From Planctomycetota bacterium (lineage in GTDB: Bacteria; Planctomycetota; UBA8108; SXIK01), in contig OZ244999.1 of NCBI GenBank assembly GCA_965223265.1, forward strand, positions 928,001 to 992,000: DNA of 64,000 bases. Reading direction: 5' to 3'. Positions 28,975 through 39,425 of the stretch are shown here, one piece after another. Position 1 is the first letter of the stretch; the number at the start of each line of letters is the position of its first letter. The translations under genes were made by a program, and so were the position numbers. The notes under the pieces were generated by a model that searched no databases, had not been told where the DNA came from, and worked only from the letters and a program-made list of their open reading frames with translations.

Positions 28975-30033
28975 TCAACAGCAAGGCGACTCGCTGTCCC
29001 CCGCTTGGGAGGGACTGCAATCGAAGAGGCCTAGATGTTTGCGTGGTGACGTGACCTCAAAGTACCTCGCTAAGCGCGTCTCCGACAGCATGCGCGCCGT
29101 GTTGCGGCAGATGCCCGTGGGGCGTCCCGCCTCGAATACGTGATGATGGTCCAATACGAAACGCGCCGGCTGCTGCTTGCAGTTGCCGAGGTAGATCGCT
29201 ACCTGGCCGTAGTCTTCGCAGCGTCGATCCCAAGCGCCACGAAGTTTGAAACCTCTCAGAGCCATCGAATAGAAGCGGATCGGATGGCCGTTGATGTCTT
29301 CTTCCACCAGTTTTCGTGTCACCACGCGAGGGTCGCCAAATCCTGCATCTTTGACGATGTCGACGAGATCGTGCTCGTAGAGCGCGCCGCCAAGGCATTC
29401 AGCGACTAGCATCTGGTCGTGGGCAATCGCTTCGGGTACGCGGCGGTCCGCGACGATGTCGGAGATGTAGAATTCGCCACCAGGCTTCAGAACCCGATAG
29501 ATGTTCTCGAACACCTTATCCTTTAGCGGTGACAGGTTGATCGTGCAGTCTGACACGACCAAGTCGACCGAGTCGTTCTCGAGACCTTCCGTTGTCTCGA
29601 TGTAGCCATGGCGAAACTCGACATTGGGTTGGCTGTAGCCAAAGGCGCGGCTGACGGCGTCGATGTGTCGCCTCGCCACTGCCAATTGCTCTTCGGTCAT
29701 GTCGAAGCCAATGACATGTCCGCTCTCTCCTACGAGTTTGCTGACGATGAAGGCGTCGAGGCCGGCGCCTGAGCCGAGATCGAGAACCCGGATGCCTGTA
29801 AGGTCGTCTTGAGGAATCGAGCAGCCGCAGCCATAGTTCTTCTCTTTGACCTCGTCGGGGATCAGACGGAGTATGTCAGCGTGCAGGCGGGCGGTGTCAT
29901 CGACACAGCATGCACTCTTCTCTAGGTCTTGCGTGCGCTGAATCGTTTTTCCGTAGTATCGGCTGAGGTACTTCCGCAACCCATCGGTGGATTGGTCCTC
30001 ACCTGGAAGAGAACGTTCGAGAGTTGGATCCAT
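28975..30033 (-). CDS. arsM: Arsenite methyltransferase (ArsM/AS3MT-like)
   Basis: YYG...SACC, YGCG, VLDLGSGAG.D, SDCTINL, ECLGGALY, CEDYGQ, ICRNT, terminal CC. Confidence 0.82.
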   Translation of the reverse strand: MDPTLERSLPGEDQSTDGLRKYLSRYYGKTIQRTQDLEKSACCVDDTARLHADILRLIPDEVKEKNYGCGCSIPQDDLTGIRVLDLGSGAGLDAFIVSKLVGESGHVIGFDMTEEQLAVARRHIDAVSRAFGYSQPNVEFRHGYIETTEGLENDSVDLVVSDCTINLSPLKDKVFENIYRVLKPGGEFYISDIVADRRVPEAIAHDQMLVAECLGGALYEHDLVDIVKDAGFGDPRVVTRKLVEEDINGHPIRFYSMALRGFKLRGAWDRRCEDYGQVAIYLGNCKQQPARFVLDHHHVFEAGRPTGICRNTARMLSETRLARYFEVTSPRKHLGLFDCSPSQAGDSESPCC

Positions 30034-30292
30034 GAGGGTTCCTCTACGCCTGAGACACAGCTGTCAAGAGCGAGCGATTTCTTTCTCGAATTCGCTCGTG
30101 CTTCCTGAGTGCCCCCTACCTGTCGTCCATGCCTAAGTGTAACGGCGGGCTGCGCGCCAGAGTTCCGTCAAATGAGGCGAATGACCTCGATTCAGCGTCG
30201 TCCGAGGACGAACTTGTACCTGTGACGTGCAGTAGGGTATCAGGAAAGAGATCGGGTTGTAAGGAATGTTTGCGTGGTCTGGCCGGACTGAC

Positions 30293-30316
30293 CGTTACAG
30301 GATAACGTTACAGGAT
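30293..30316. promoter_or_regulatory. Candidate operator in the arsM/dipeptidase divergent region
   Basis: CGTTACAGGAT repeated at 13-nt spacing, containing the palindrome TAACGTTA (LacI-like). Confidence 0.35.
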
Positions 30317-30584
30317 GTTGATGGCAGAACGGCGCACAACCCGTCGATGCAGGTTGAGGCTATCGACGTTTCATCGGCGCTCGCGTAGGCTGCAGGCGCG
30401 CGCCCGCGTCACCGAGGTGGTGCCCAGGGTGGCGGTGGTAGGCGACAGTGCGGGACGATACCGTTCTGCCAACCCTCGTACGGTTGCCTCGCGTCGCGGT
30501 CACAGTTACTGTGAGGGCTCTCGCTTCACACGAAGGTCGACGGACGCCAGGTCCGTTGCCGACACTTGCCACCGCGACACCGTG

Positions 30585-30635
30585 CCCCGTGCCACGAGCC
30601 CCGTGCCACGAGTCCCGTGCCACGAGCCCCGTGCC
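30585..30635. repeat. 14-bp tandem repeat (CCCCGTGCCACGAG) x3.6
   Basis: Direct reading: ccccgtgccacgag ccccgtgccacgag tcccgtgccacgag ccccgtgcc. Confidence 0.85.
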
Positions 30636-30696
30636 GCCGCACACCACCGTTCATGGCCGTTTGCACCGCGCAACCTCTAACCGACAGGCTCTTCGA

Positions 30697-31785
30697 ATGC
30701 TCGTCATTGATGCTCACCTCGATCTGGCTTGGAACGCGCTGCAGTGGGGGCGCGACTTGCACCGCTCCGTGTTCACCATCCGCACTCTCGAAAATCGTAG
30801 CGCCGGTGCCGGACGCGGCTGTGGTACGGTCGCCTTTCCCGAGCTGCGCAGTGGCCGCGTCGCACTGAGCATCGTCACGGTGCTCGCTCGCTCGACGGGA
30901 CGTCCTGTCCCAGATCTTGACTACGCGTCGATCGAGCAGGCATATGCGGTCGGACGCGGGCAGCTCAGCTACTACCACGCCTTGGAGGCGGCTGGGACTT
31001 GTCGGGTGGTCGGTGATTGCGCGCGGCTCGACGCTCACATCGACGAATGGGAGCGTTGGGATCGTGACGCGGAGACCTCTGGTCGGGCGGCGCCACCGCT
31101 CGGTTTCACGATCAGCATGGAAGGAGCGGACCCGATCGTCGATCCGCAGCAACTGGAGGAGTGGCACCGTGGTGGCCTCCGTCTCCTCGGTCTGGCCCAC
31201 TATGGCCCCGGCCGCTACGCCGGTGGCACAGGGACCGAAGTCGGGCTGACTTCGATGGGTCGTCAGCTCTTGGGTGAGATGGAACGCCTGGGCGTGCTTC
31301 TCGATTTGACGCACTCCTCTGATGAGACCTTCTGGGAGTCGCTGGACGTCTATTCAGGTCCCGTGCTCGCAAGTCACAACAATTGTCGCGCGCTGGTACC
31401 GCATCAGCGCCAGTTTTCAGATGAGCAAATTCGCGCTGTGATCGAGCGAGACGGTGTGATTGGCGCGGCGTTTGATTGTTGGATGCTGTCGCGCGATTGG
31501 ACGATCGGCGAGAGCGATCCAGCGACTGTAACGCTCAGCGACGTCGTACGGCACATCGAGCACATATGTGAGATCGCGGGGAACACGCGTCACGTCGCCA
31601 TCGGTACTGACCTGGATGGCGGTTTTGGCAAGGAGCAGTCGCCGTCCGATCTGGAGACGATTGCAGACCTCCAGAACCTTGCGCCGCTACTTGAGTCCCG
31701 CGGCTTCTCCGCTGACGACATCGCTGCGATTCTGCACGGTAACTGGCTGCGATTCTTGCGCCAGAGCTGGTCCGCCAACGGTTGA
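30697..31785 (+). CDS. Membrane dipeptidase (peptidase M19)
   Basis: IDAHLD, SMEGAD, LDLTH, ASHNN, IGTDLDGGFG, GNW; start moved to ATG 30697. Confidence 0.9.
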   Translation: MLVIDAHLDLAWNALQWGRDLHRSVFTIRTLENRSAGAGRGCGTVAFPELRSGRVALSIVTVLARSTGRPVPDLDYASIEQAYAVGRGQLSYYHALEAAGTCRVVGDCARLDAHIDEWERWDRDAETSGRAAPPLGFTISMEGADPIVDPQQLEEWHRGGLRLLGLAHYGPGRYAGGTGTEVGLTSMGRQLLGEMERLGVLLDLTHSSDETFWESLDVYSGPVLASHNNCRALVPHQRQFSDEQIRAVIERDGVIGAAFDCWMLSRDWTIGESDPATVTLSDVVRHIEHICEIAGNTRHVAIGTDLDGGFGKEQSPSDLETIADLQNLAPLLESRGFSADDIAAILHGNWLRFLRQSWSANG

Positions 31786-31978
31786 TGAAAGGTGCATCGC
31801 CTTGATCACAACGCTGCCTTATCCCGAATGCGCTGACGTCGAATCTGGCCACCGCGGTGCCATCTCGTTCGGCGCTGGGCGTGCGCCGTCCCGCGACGAT
31901 CGGGGCTTGCTGCAAGGTGCGTTCGCCCGCCCTGCCAGTGGATCGGAAGCTGCAATTGGGAGTCGATGGCAGCGCTCG

Positions 31979-33403
31979 ATGCGTTCGGCGGTGACGCTTC
32001 GCGAGCCCGCGTCTCCTTCGGCGTTGGTGGCTCTTTTCTGCTGCTCTCTCCTGTCGCTCATCATCGGTCCGAGATTCACCCTGGCTGACGAGGCGTGGCG
32101 GGCGGGCGTCGCGAAAGCGAACATAACGCCGGAACAGTACATGTGGATGTCAGGTTACGGCAGTCGCAAGAAACCTGCGGCAGGGCGACTCACGGATCTA
32201 TGGGCCAAAGCGCTCGCGATCACAGATTCGCGCGGCGATCGCGTCGTTTTTGTCTCGCTTGACTTGATTGGTCTTGATCGCGAGATCTCGCTGCAGATTC
32301 GTGGGGATCTCAAGGCGCGCTTCGATCTTGAGTTTTCGCAAGTGTCACTATTGAGCTCACACACTCATACCGGCCCGGTCGTCAATCAGAACCTCGGCGC
32401 GATGTTTTTCTTCGGCGACGATCAGAAGGCGCTTGTTGAAAGCTACGCGAAGCGCCTCCGGCGCGAAGTGGTCGCCGTTGTCGGGTCTGCGCTCGAGCGA
32501 CTCGCGCCCGCCGAGCTCGCATGGGGTATCGGAAGGTCGACGTTCGCGGTCAATCGACGTGAGAATCGCGAGAAGGATGTGCCTTCGCTGCGCGCTGCTG
32601 ACAACCTCAAGGGGCCAGTGGACCATGAAGTCCCCGTCCTGCGCGTCACGCGACAGGGTGTCGTCGATTCGATCGTCGTCGGCTACGCCTGCCACTGCAC
32701 GGTGTTGAGTTTTCTCAAGTGGTCGGGCGATTACGCCGGCTTTGCGCAGCTCGAGCTCGAGGCGGCTTATCCAGGCGCGACGGCGCTTTTTTTCGCCGGC
32801 TGTGGCGGCGACCAGAATCCACTACCGAGACGCTCACCGGCCCTCGCGAAGCAGTACGGCGACCGACTGGCAGCTGCCGCGAAGGACGTCGTGAACGGCA
32901 ACATGTACCGGATCACCGGCACTCTTGCGCATCGATACGACGAGGTTGATCTCGCCTTCGCATCGCTTCCGAGTCGTGAGCAGCTGGAACTCACGGCCGC
33001 CGGTGACAACAAGTTCGAGGCCGGCCGGGCGCGACACCTTCTGCGCCAGATGGCACTTCGCGGACGCCTTAGTCCGACGTACCCGTACCCCGTTCAAACG
33101 TGGCGGCTGGGGCCGCATCTCATCGTCGTGAGCCTGGGAGGGGAAGTGGTCGTCGACTACTCGCTGCGCATCAAGAGTGAAATCGGCCCGGGAGCGACGT
33201 GGGTCGCGGCGTACGCCAATGACGTCATGGCTTACATCCCATCAAGACGCGTGCTCGCCGAGGGCGGATACGAAGGCGCGACCTCGATGATCTACTACGG
33301 GCAGCCGAGTCCATGGGCTCCCGAGCTCGAGGAGACGATCGTCGAGACCGTCCACGCCCAGGTCGCCGCACTCCGCGCCTCGGCCACAACCGAAGAGCGG
33401 TAG
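31979..33403 (+). CDS. Neutral/alkaline ceramidase-like secreted amidohydrolase
   Basis: Signal peptide, AGVAKANITP, SHTHTGP, VNRR, YACHCT, GCGGDQNP, GGEVVVDY, EGGYEG. Confidence 0.82.
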   Translation: MRSAVTLREPASPSALVALFCCSLLSLIIGPRFTLADEAWRAGVAKANITPEQYMWMSGYGSRKKPAAGRLTDLWAKALAITDSRGDRVVFVSLDLIGLDREISLQIRGDLKARFDLEFSQVSLLSSHTHTGPVVNQNLGAMFFFGDDQKALVESYAKRLRREVVAVVGSALERLAPAELAWGIGRSTFAVNRRENREKDVPSLRAADNLKGPVDHEVPVLRVTRQGVVDSIVVGYACHCTVLSFLKWSGDYAGFAQLELEAAYPGATALFFAGCGGDQNPLPRRSPALAKQYGDRLAAAAKDVVNGNMYRITGTLAHRYDEVDLAFASLPSREQLELTAAGDNKFEAGRARHLLRQMALRGRLSPTYPYPVQTWRLGPHLIVVSLGGEVVVDYSLRIKSEIGPGATWVAAYANDVMAYIPSRRVLAEGGYEGATSMIYYGQPSPWAPELEETIVETVHAQVAALRASATTEER

Positions 33404-33441
33404 AGGCGGCGAGCCGCGAGATTGACGATCGCGGCGAGGGG

Positions 33442-34773
33442 CTATTCCGTTTCCGCCTTGGCGGCAGCGTCTTGGACGCCAGGCGGTTCCTCCGCGCCCG
33501 AACGCCAGCGATCGACGGACCTGGCGACGGCATCTGCCAGGTCGCGGCGGACTTGATAGATCTTGCGGTTTCGCCGCGTCGGATGAACGCGATTCGTCAA
33601 CAAAACGAGGTAGAGCTTCCTTTCGGGGTCGATCCAGATCGACGTTCCGGTGAACCCGGTGTGACCGAAAGAGCGTCTGCTGAAAAGGTCGCCGGCCGAG
33701 CTCTTGCCGGATGGCGTGTCCCAGCCGACGGCGCGGCTCGATCCGTCAACCAGATCGCAGCGTTCGGTGAATCGAAGCAGAAGGGCTTTAGGAAAGACCC
33801 GGCTGCGACCCGCCCGTCCGCGGAGGAGCTCGCGTGCCCACAGATGTGCGTCCTCGGCGGTCATGAAGAGCCCGGCATGTCCCGTCAGACCGGCCGCGGC
33901 GCGCGCGTTTTCGTCGTGCACGACGCCATGGACAAAGCTGGGCTGCACTCGGATGTCTTCCGCCCGTCCGTTCGCCGCCGCGAGCGCGGCGCGGTAGGCC
34001 GGGGTCCATTCGGTCGGCGCAATTCGGTTGACCAGCTGCGGCTGCGGGTTTCGCAACGTGTCGCGCATACCCAGTGGGACGAGGACGCGCTCCCGTTCCA
34101 GTTCGGCGAGAGGTTTTCCTCCGGCTCGCGCGGCGACTTCTCCGAGCAACATGAAGCCGATGTCGCTGTACCTTGCTCGGGTGCCCGGCGGCGCCTCCAA
34201 GCGTGTTGCCGCTGCGAGTCGGAGCGTTGCTTCATATCCTGGTGAAAGACGGAAGAAGGGACGTCCGGCAGGCAAGCCCGAGCAGTGCGCAAGAAGATGC
34301 TCGATCGTCACGCCGTCAAGGTTTGGAGACGCCTCCGGTAGCCATCTCGTCACCGGGTCGCCTAAGGCCAGATTGCCGTCGCGGACCAGCGTGAGCACCA
34401 CGCTCGTTGTGCCGAGCACCTTGGTCAGCGAGGCGAGGTCGTAAAGAGTGTCGGTACGCACGCGCGTTTGACCCTCGTAGGTGAGGTGCCCGTACGCCGC
34501 CGTCCAGAGGGTTGTGTCCGCGGTACCGACAGCTACGGTGCAGCCGGGAAAAGCGCCGGCGTCGATCGCTCGCTCGAGAACCTCTTGCGACTCGCTCCAG
34601 TTCGGAGAATTTGCCTGTGCACCGGCGAGCGCGGTGCCGACGCCGCCAAGCACGAGGAGCAGCAGCCCGATCGATCCAACGGCGGGGAACCGATAATGAG
34701 CGATTTCGCGGTGTTGCGCGCGGATTCGGGCCAGGTGCGAAAAGGTTCGCAGTGGCCGCAGCCGACGAAACAA
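33442..34773 (-). CDS. Serine hydrolase (beta-lactamase class C/AmpC family); start uncertain
   Basis: YDLASLTK (SxxK), YSD, VHDENA, GHAGLF, GHTGFTGTS, LTNRVHP; signal peptide near 34690-34620. Confidence 0.85.
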   Translation of the reverse strand: MFRRLRPLRTFSHLARIRAQHREIAHYRFPAVGSIGLLLLVLGGVGTALAGAQANSPNWSESQEVLERAIDAGAFPGCTVAVGTADTTLWTAAYGHLTYEGQTRVRTDTLYDLASLTKVLGTTSVVLTLVRDGNLALGDPVTRWLPEASPNLDGVTIEHLLAHCSGLPAGRPFFRLSPGYEATLRLAAATRLEAPPGTRARYSDIGFMLLGEVAARAGGKPLAELERERVLVPLGMRDTLRNPQPQLVNRIAPTEWTPAYRAALAAANGRAEDIRVQPSFVHGVVHDENARAAAGLTGHAGLFMTAEDAHLWARELLRGRAGRSRVFPKALLLRFTERCDLVDGSSRAVGWDTPSGKSSAGDLFSRRSFGHTGFTGTSIWIDPERKLYLVLLTNRVHPTRRNRKIYQVRRDLADAVARSVDRWRSGAEEPPGVQDAAAKAETE

Positions 34774-34776
34774 GGC

Positions 34777-36066
34777 ATGACGCAAGGCTCTTTCGTTCCA
34801 CCCGGCGACGCCGGACTGAAGATCCTTTTGGTGGCTGGAACCCACGGCTTTCCTCCATCGCGAACACGACTTGAGCGTGTGAGGGAGCTCGCCGGCCAGC
34901 TGGCTTTGCGTCAGGCTTTGGTTCACGTGGTGCTCCTTGCTGAGAAGCGGGTCAGCGGCCTGGACGAGCAGAAGGTAGAACAAGTGCGACCATGGTGTCA
35001 CGACCTTCGCATCGTTGAGCATCCATCGGAGCACTCGGGCTTTCACCGCGCCCTCCACAGCGCCGGTGAATTCATCGGCGAAAAGCTCATGCGGCGGCCC
35101 GCCAACACGGTGCGCTGGCAACACTGTCCGCAAAAGTTGTTACGCATCTTGCACAGCGAGTATGCTCCCCGCAACTATTTGGCTGTGATCGCGATTGGCG
35201 CGCCGATGGCACTGGCCCTGCGAGAGTTCTCGCGCTGGACGTCAAAGATCGTCGATTTACCGCGAGTCGCGAGCGCCTGTCACTCGAGTCACGCGTCACA
35301 CGGGCGGGGCGATGTGTTCAAGCCATTCGCCGATGCTACTTCGGAACTTCAGCTGCTCGACGAGGCGGACTTCTGTGTGGTGGCGTGCCAAAAGGACGCT
35401 GCGGTGCTGCGCAGCGAAGGGTTTTTGCGTGACGCCGTCCTCGTGCCGCCGACTGGGTCGGGTGCCGTCCTTTCGGCCGTGACGTCCTCACGCCCACCGG
35501 CTGAGACGCCGCGGCCGCCCCGGATACTGTGCGTGGCGACGGAGTCAGTGGCCGATCTCGACGGGCTCCGGTGGTTTCGGCGGGATGTCTTTCCGCGGAT
35601 ACAGCGCGCCGTTCCAACCTGTAGACTGAGGATCGTTGGCGAAGGAGCCAGGCACATCGACCCCGACGACTCTGTTGACCGCGTTGGTTGGGCTACGTCG
35701 CTCCACGACGAGTACGGGCGTGCAGCGGTCGTCGCATTGCCGCTGCGCATGGGCGGCGGCCTACGGCGGCGGGCGGTTGAGGCGCTCTCTCACGGAAAAA
35801 CTCTCGTCACCACTCCCACCGGCGCTTGGGGGATCGCTTTGAGACCGATGACAGATGCCGTTGTCGCCGACGAGCCATCGCAACTGGCGACAGAGGCTGC
35901 GCGGGTTCTCACCAGTGACGACCTTCGCCGCCAATACGAACTCCACGCCTTGGCGCTCGCGCGACGAGACTTTCATCCGACGAGGGCGATGGCTCCGCTG
36001 TGCAGCCTACTCGGTCTGCCGATCCTTCCTGTCGAGACCGCCGACAGGCAACCAGTCCCAGTTTGA
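34777..36066 (+). CDS. Glycosyltransferase, GT4-like (GT-B)
   Basis: GLRWF..DVFP.I, VALPLRMGGG....VEAL..G..LVTT..GA.G; start may instead be 34696. Confidence 0.75.
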   Translation: MTQGSFVPPGDAGLKILLVAGTHGFPPSRTRLERVRELAGQLALRQALVHVVLLAEKRVSGLDEQKVEQVRPWCHDLRIVEHPSEHSGFHRALHSAGEFIGEKLMRRPANTVRWQHCPQKLLRILHSEYAPRNYLAVIAIGAPMALALREFSRWTSKIVDLPRVASACHSSHASHGRGDVFKPFADATSELQLLDEADFCVVACQKDAAVLRSEGFLRDAVLVPPTGSGAVLSAVTSSRPPAETPRPPRILCVATESVADLDGLRWFRRDVFPRIQRAVPTCRLRIVGEGARHIDPDDSVDRVGWATSLHDEYGRAAVVALPLRMGGGLRRRAVEALSHGKTLVTTPTGAWGIALRPMTDAVVADEPSQLATEAARVLTSDDLRRQYELHALALARRDFHPTRAMAPLCSLLGLPILPVETADRQPVPV

Positions 36067-36115
36067 AGTCAAAGCCGCTACCGTGACGCCCCCTTCTGGA
36101 AACGATCGTGACCGA

Positions 36116-36379
36116 ATGAGCGCGGCATGGGACGAGCTCTTTGCCGCCGGGGCAGCGGGGTACCGAGAGTCAGGCCGTGGCGTGGTCTACGTCCACGAGT
36201 GGACGGAGGTTCCACGCTACGTGGCCAAGAGTGAGGCCGCGATTTACTTTCAGGAACCGAATCTTGTCAGAATCGTCGAAAGCTACGATCCGCGCCGACA
36301 GATCGTCGTCGTCATTCGGCGCGTCGAAGCGGATGGGGCCCAAGTCTTCACGCGATACGAGCTGACGAAATCGGAGTGA
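36116..36379 (+). CDS. Small hypothetical protein
   Basis: GYRESGRGVV...VESYDPRRQIVVVI reads like a real small globular protein. Confidence 0.6.
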   Translation: MSAAWDELFAAGAAGYRESGRGVVYVHEWTEVPRYVAKSEAAIYFQEPNLVRIVESYDPRRQIVVVIRRVEADGAQVFTRYELTKSE

Positions 36380-36396
36380 GACATAGAGCACGCACG

Positions 36397-36999
36397 CTAC
36401 ACGCCGAGGAACTCGCTCATGTGCTGGTCGTACAGCTGACTGTCCTTTTCCGCCATCAAGTTCAGACGTAGCTCGTTGATCAGCTTGACGCTCACTCCTA
36501 TCCATTCCTTCCAGCATGCCGTGCAGATCGATGCGTGGATGCGATGCCCCAGGTCTGATTTGAACGGCGGAGCGTTGAGCGGCATGCCTGCCCGCGCGCA
36601 GCGCTTGCAGACGAAGTCGCCGGATTCGGGGGCGCCACGGTCTGCAGCACTCTCTTCGTTGGGTGCTGCCACCGAAACGGTGACTCCTTCGGCCTGAAGA
36701 ATGTCGCGCATGGCGTTTAGAGGCATAAGTTCCCCCCGCCGGTTGGCGACCTCGACCCCGCGCTCCAGGATCTCGACGGCCTCCTCCCGCCGTCCTTGTT
36801 TCAAGAGCGCTTCGCCCAAAAACCGGTACGAGAGCGAATGATCGGGATTCAGCTCGAGCGTTCGGCGAAGAGATGTTTCGGCGTCAGCGAATGTGCCCAT
36901 TTCAAAATGCGCTTTTCCGAGGCTGAAGTGCGCCAGCTCGTTGTCCGGGTCGGCTGCGGCCATCTTCTCGAAGTTCGCGAGCCTCTGTTTCGGGTCCAT
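36397..36999 (-). CDS. TPR + Fe(II)-trafficking (YggX-like) fusion protein
   Basis: N-terminal TPRs; C-terminal PPF..DLG.RI...IC..CWKEW....KLINE.RL. Confidence 0.85.
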   Translation of the reverse strand: MDPKQRLANFEKMAAADPDNELAHFSLGKAHFEMGTFADAETSLRRTLELNPDHSLSYRFLGEALLKQGRREEAVEILERGVEVANRRGELMPLNAMRDILQAEGVTVSVAAPNEESAADRGAPESGDFVCKRCARAGMPLNAPPFKSDLGHRIHASICTACWKEWIGVSVKLINELRLNLMAEKDSQLYDQHMSEFLGV

Positions 37000-37015
37000 A
37001 GTCGTTTCGTCCTGG

Positions 37016-38017
37016 CTAGGTGTGAACTATCTCGAGCAGGTTTTCGCCGAAGATGCGCGACTTCGCGGCCGCCTCGACACCGAGACGATCGACGACTTCG
37101 AGCTGAAGGAGGAAAAGGTCGCGGCGCCAACCGCGCGGAAACGTCGATGAGTCTGTTCCGAAGAGGATACGCTCGGGCCCGAAGACTTGCAGGGAGCGGG
37201 CGAACACCTCGTCCAGAGTGAGACCGCCGGCCGCAGTCTTCATCCACGAGTTTGAGCTTGAGGTGTCGACGTAGATGTTGCGGCTTTGCGCTCCGGCCAT
37301 GAGGGCGTCGCCAAAAAAACCGCCACCGAAGTGCGGCAACACGAATCGCGTCCGTCGATGCCGCTCCGCCGCCGCCACGACGTTGGTCGGACGTGCCGTG
37401 CGCGGATCATAGGCGGGGCGGATGCCGAGTTGGTCGCGGAGCGGAACGTGCAAGAGGCCGCAGTGCACGACTACCGGGGCAGACTTGGAACCGGCTTCCT
37501 CGAAGAGCGGGTCGAGACGCTGGTCACTCGGGTCGACATGCTGCATCGCAGGAAAGAGTAGCACACCACGAAATCCACTACGTAGCGCCTCGACGGCAGC
37601 TTCTATGCCATGCTCGCTGCGCATGTCGGCAGCGACGTAGGGGATCAACCGCGCTGGAAATCGCGTCGTCGCCTCCGCCACGGCAGCGCTCTCTCCCGGA
37701 GCGCTGGCAAACACCACTGCGTGCTCGACCCCGTTGCGGTCGAACTCCAAAATCCAACGAGCGGCATGATTCTCCGGTGACTCGTCTGGAAGCTCGAAGC
37801 CCATCGCATCCCTCGCTTCCGAGAGCAGCGCATCGCGTTCCCGCCCACTCACGGCACTGGCTTCGTCGGCGAGGAGGTTAAAGAATTGACGTGAAAAAAA
37901 ATGAGTGTGTGCGTCGCAGATAAGCACGGTTTCCTCCGGTGTTGAGGCAGCGCTGTGCCGCACGTCCTTATCGTCCTTGGGTGCTGAGATTGTTGCAGAC
38001 GCGGTGCGGATCGACAA
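37016..38017 (-). CDS. Amidohydrolase family 2 protein
   Basis: DAHTH, VVHCG, LPHFGGG, VDTSSS, RILFGTDS. Confidence 0.85.
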   Translation of the reverse strand: MSIRTASATISAPKDDKDVRHSAASTPEETVLICDAHTHFFSRQFFNLLADEASAVSGRERDALLSEARDAMGFELPDESPENHAARWILEFDRNGVEHAVVFASAPGESAAVAEATTRFPARLIPYVAADMRSEHGIEAAVEALRSGFRGVLLFPAMQHVDPSDQRLDPLFEEAGSKSAPVVVHCGLLHVPLRDQLGIRPAYDPRTARPTNVVAAAERHRRTRFVLPHFGGGFFGDALMAGAQSRNIYVDTSSSNSWMKTAAGGLTLDEVFARSLQVFGPERILFGTDSSTFPRGWRRDLFLLQLEVVDRLGVEAAAKSRIFGENLLEIVHT

Positions 38018-38240
38018 GATGTGGCAGTGCTATGGGGCTCCATGGTGTTCGCCGGGCCGACGGAATGTCTCGAATGGGCGTCGCTTGCCGCTTTACCGTG
38101 GCTCTCTTGATACCTCGCCAACTCCGTGGCATGTTTGCATAGATTGTACGCACTCGACGGGCGGGAATCGCATCCCGCACCGCGGTCTGCGAATGCGCTG
38201 ACAGGTCAATCCGCAAGGTCCGGAAAACGAGCCTCAAAAG

Positions 38241-39050
38241 ATGGAGAAAAACATAGTTCTGATCGGCGCAGGCAACATGGGCGGAGCCCTTCTGCGCGGA
38301 GTCTTGGCTGGAAGCCTCAACCCGGCCGCGAAGACCGCGGTTGTCGATCCGCAGCCGCAGCTGCGCGCCGCGATCGAGAAGGAACTCGGGGTGCGTACTG
38401 CGGCGACGGCGGATCGTTTTGTCGGCGACGCGGATATCCTGATCGTTGCGGTCAAGCCGTTCGTGCTCGCTGACGTGCTTGATGGCATCAAGGATCTCGT
38501 CCGGCCGACGCAATTGATCGTGTCAGTGGTCGCGGGTGTTCAATCCCAGACGATCCAGAGCCGACTGGGTCAACCGATCCCGCTCGTTCGTGTGATGCCG
38601 AACATCGCTGCCACTGTGGGAGCTTCGGCCAGCGCCGTCGCGGCGTGTCCGCCGACCACGACGGAGCAGGTGGACATGGCGCGCGCTCTCTTCAGTGCGG
38701 TCGGTGAAGTCGTCGAGGTGAGCGAAGAGCAGCTCGACGCAGTCACGGGACTCAGCGGCAGTGGGCCGGCCTACGTCTACAGCGTCATCGAGGCCCTTGC
38801 GGACGGCGGCGTACGGATGGGCCTTGCGCGCGATGTGGCTCTTCGCCTGGCCGCACAGACGGTGCTTGGTGCGGCGCGTTTGGTTCTCGAGTCCGGTGAG
38901 CACCCGGCAGTCCTGCGCGATCGCGTGACGACACCCGCGGGCACGACGATTCACGGCCTTCATGCTCTCGAGCGCGGCGGCCTCCGGGCAGCGCTGATTG
39001 ACGCCGTGGCCGCAGCGACCGAGCGTTCCATTGCGCTACGCGAGGTGTGA
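38241..39050 (+). CDS. proC: Pyrroline-5-carboxylate reductase
   Basis: IGAGNMG, AVKP, RVMPN, GLSGSGPAY, VTTPAGTT. Confidence 0.96.
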   Translation: MEKNIVLIGAGNMGGALLRGVLAGSLNPAAKTAVVDPQPQLRAAIEKELGVRTAATADRFVGDADILIVAVKPFVLADVLDGIKDLVRPTQLIVSVVAGVQSQTIQSRLGQPIPLVRVMPNIAATVGASASAVAACPPTTTEQVDMARALFSAVGEVVEVSEEQLDAVTGLSGSGPAYVYSVIEALADGGVRMGLARDVALRLAAQTVLGAARLVLESGEHPAVLRDRVTTPAGTTIHGLHALERGGLRAALIDAVAAATERSIALREV

Positions 39051-39083
39051 GATTCTTGAAGTGTGGCTGCTCGGAGACGGAAC

Positions 39084-39425
39084 CAGAGGTAGAGGCAGAA
39101 TCAGAGGCAGAATCAGAATCAGACCCGACAGTTACATAAGTTTTCGCAGGAAGGGCTCAGAAACCCTTTCCCTGAGGTTCGATCGGCAGTTGAAGGACGT
39201 CGCGGCGGACCTCACGTTTGGTGAGGTTGACGGTGTGCCGTGTTCCCCCTCGCCCACGCACACCCACACGCAAACTCTCACTCAATCGCAATCGCGCACG
39301 GTCTTAAGGCGCGTCTCTTTTGCAACGTTGGAATGAGAGACGGATCACAGGGACAGACACAGATTCAGATTCAGATTCAGACACAGATGCAGAAGCAGAG
39401 ACGGACACAGATGCAGAACCAGCGG
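39084..39425. repeat. Two tracts of degenerate CAGANN hexamer repeats
   Basis: 39084-39125 (cagagg/cagaat) and 39354-39425 (cagatt/cagaca/cagatg), each preceded by GAGACGGA. Confidence 0.7.

Noticed and set aside
30585-30635. CRISPR-like repeat
   Set aside because: The 14-bp units are contiguous with no spacers, and there are no cas genes.
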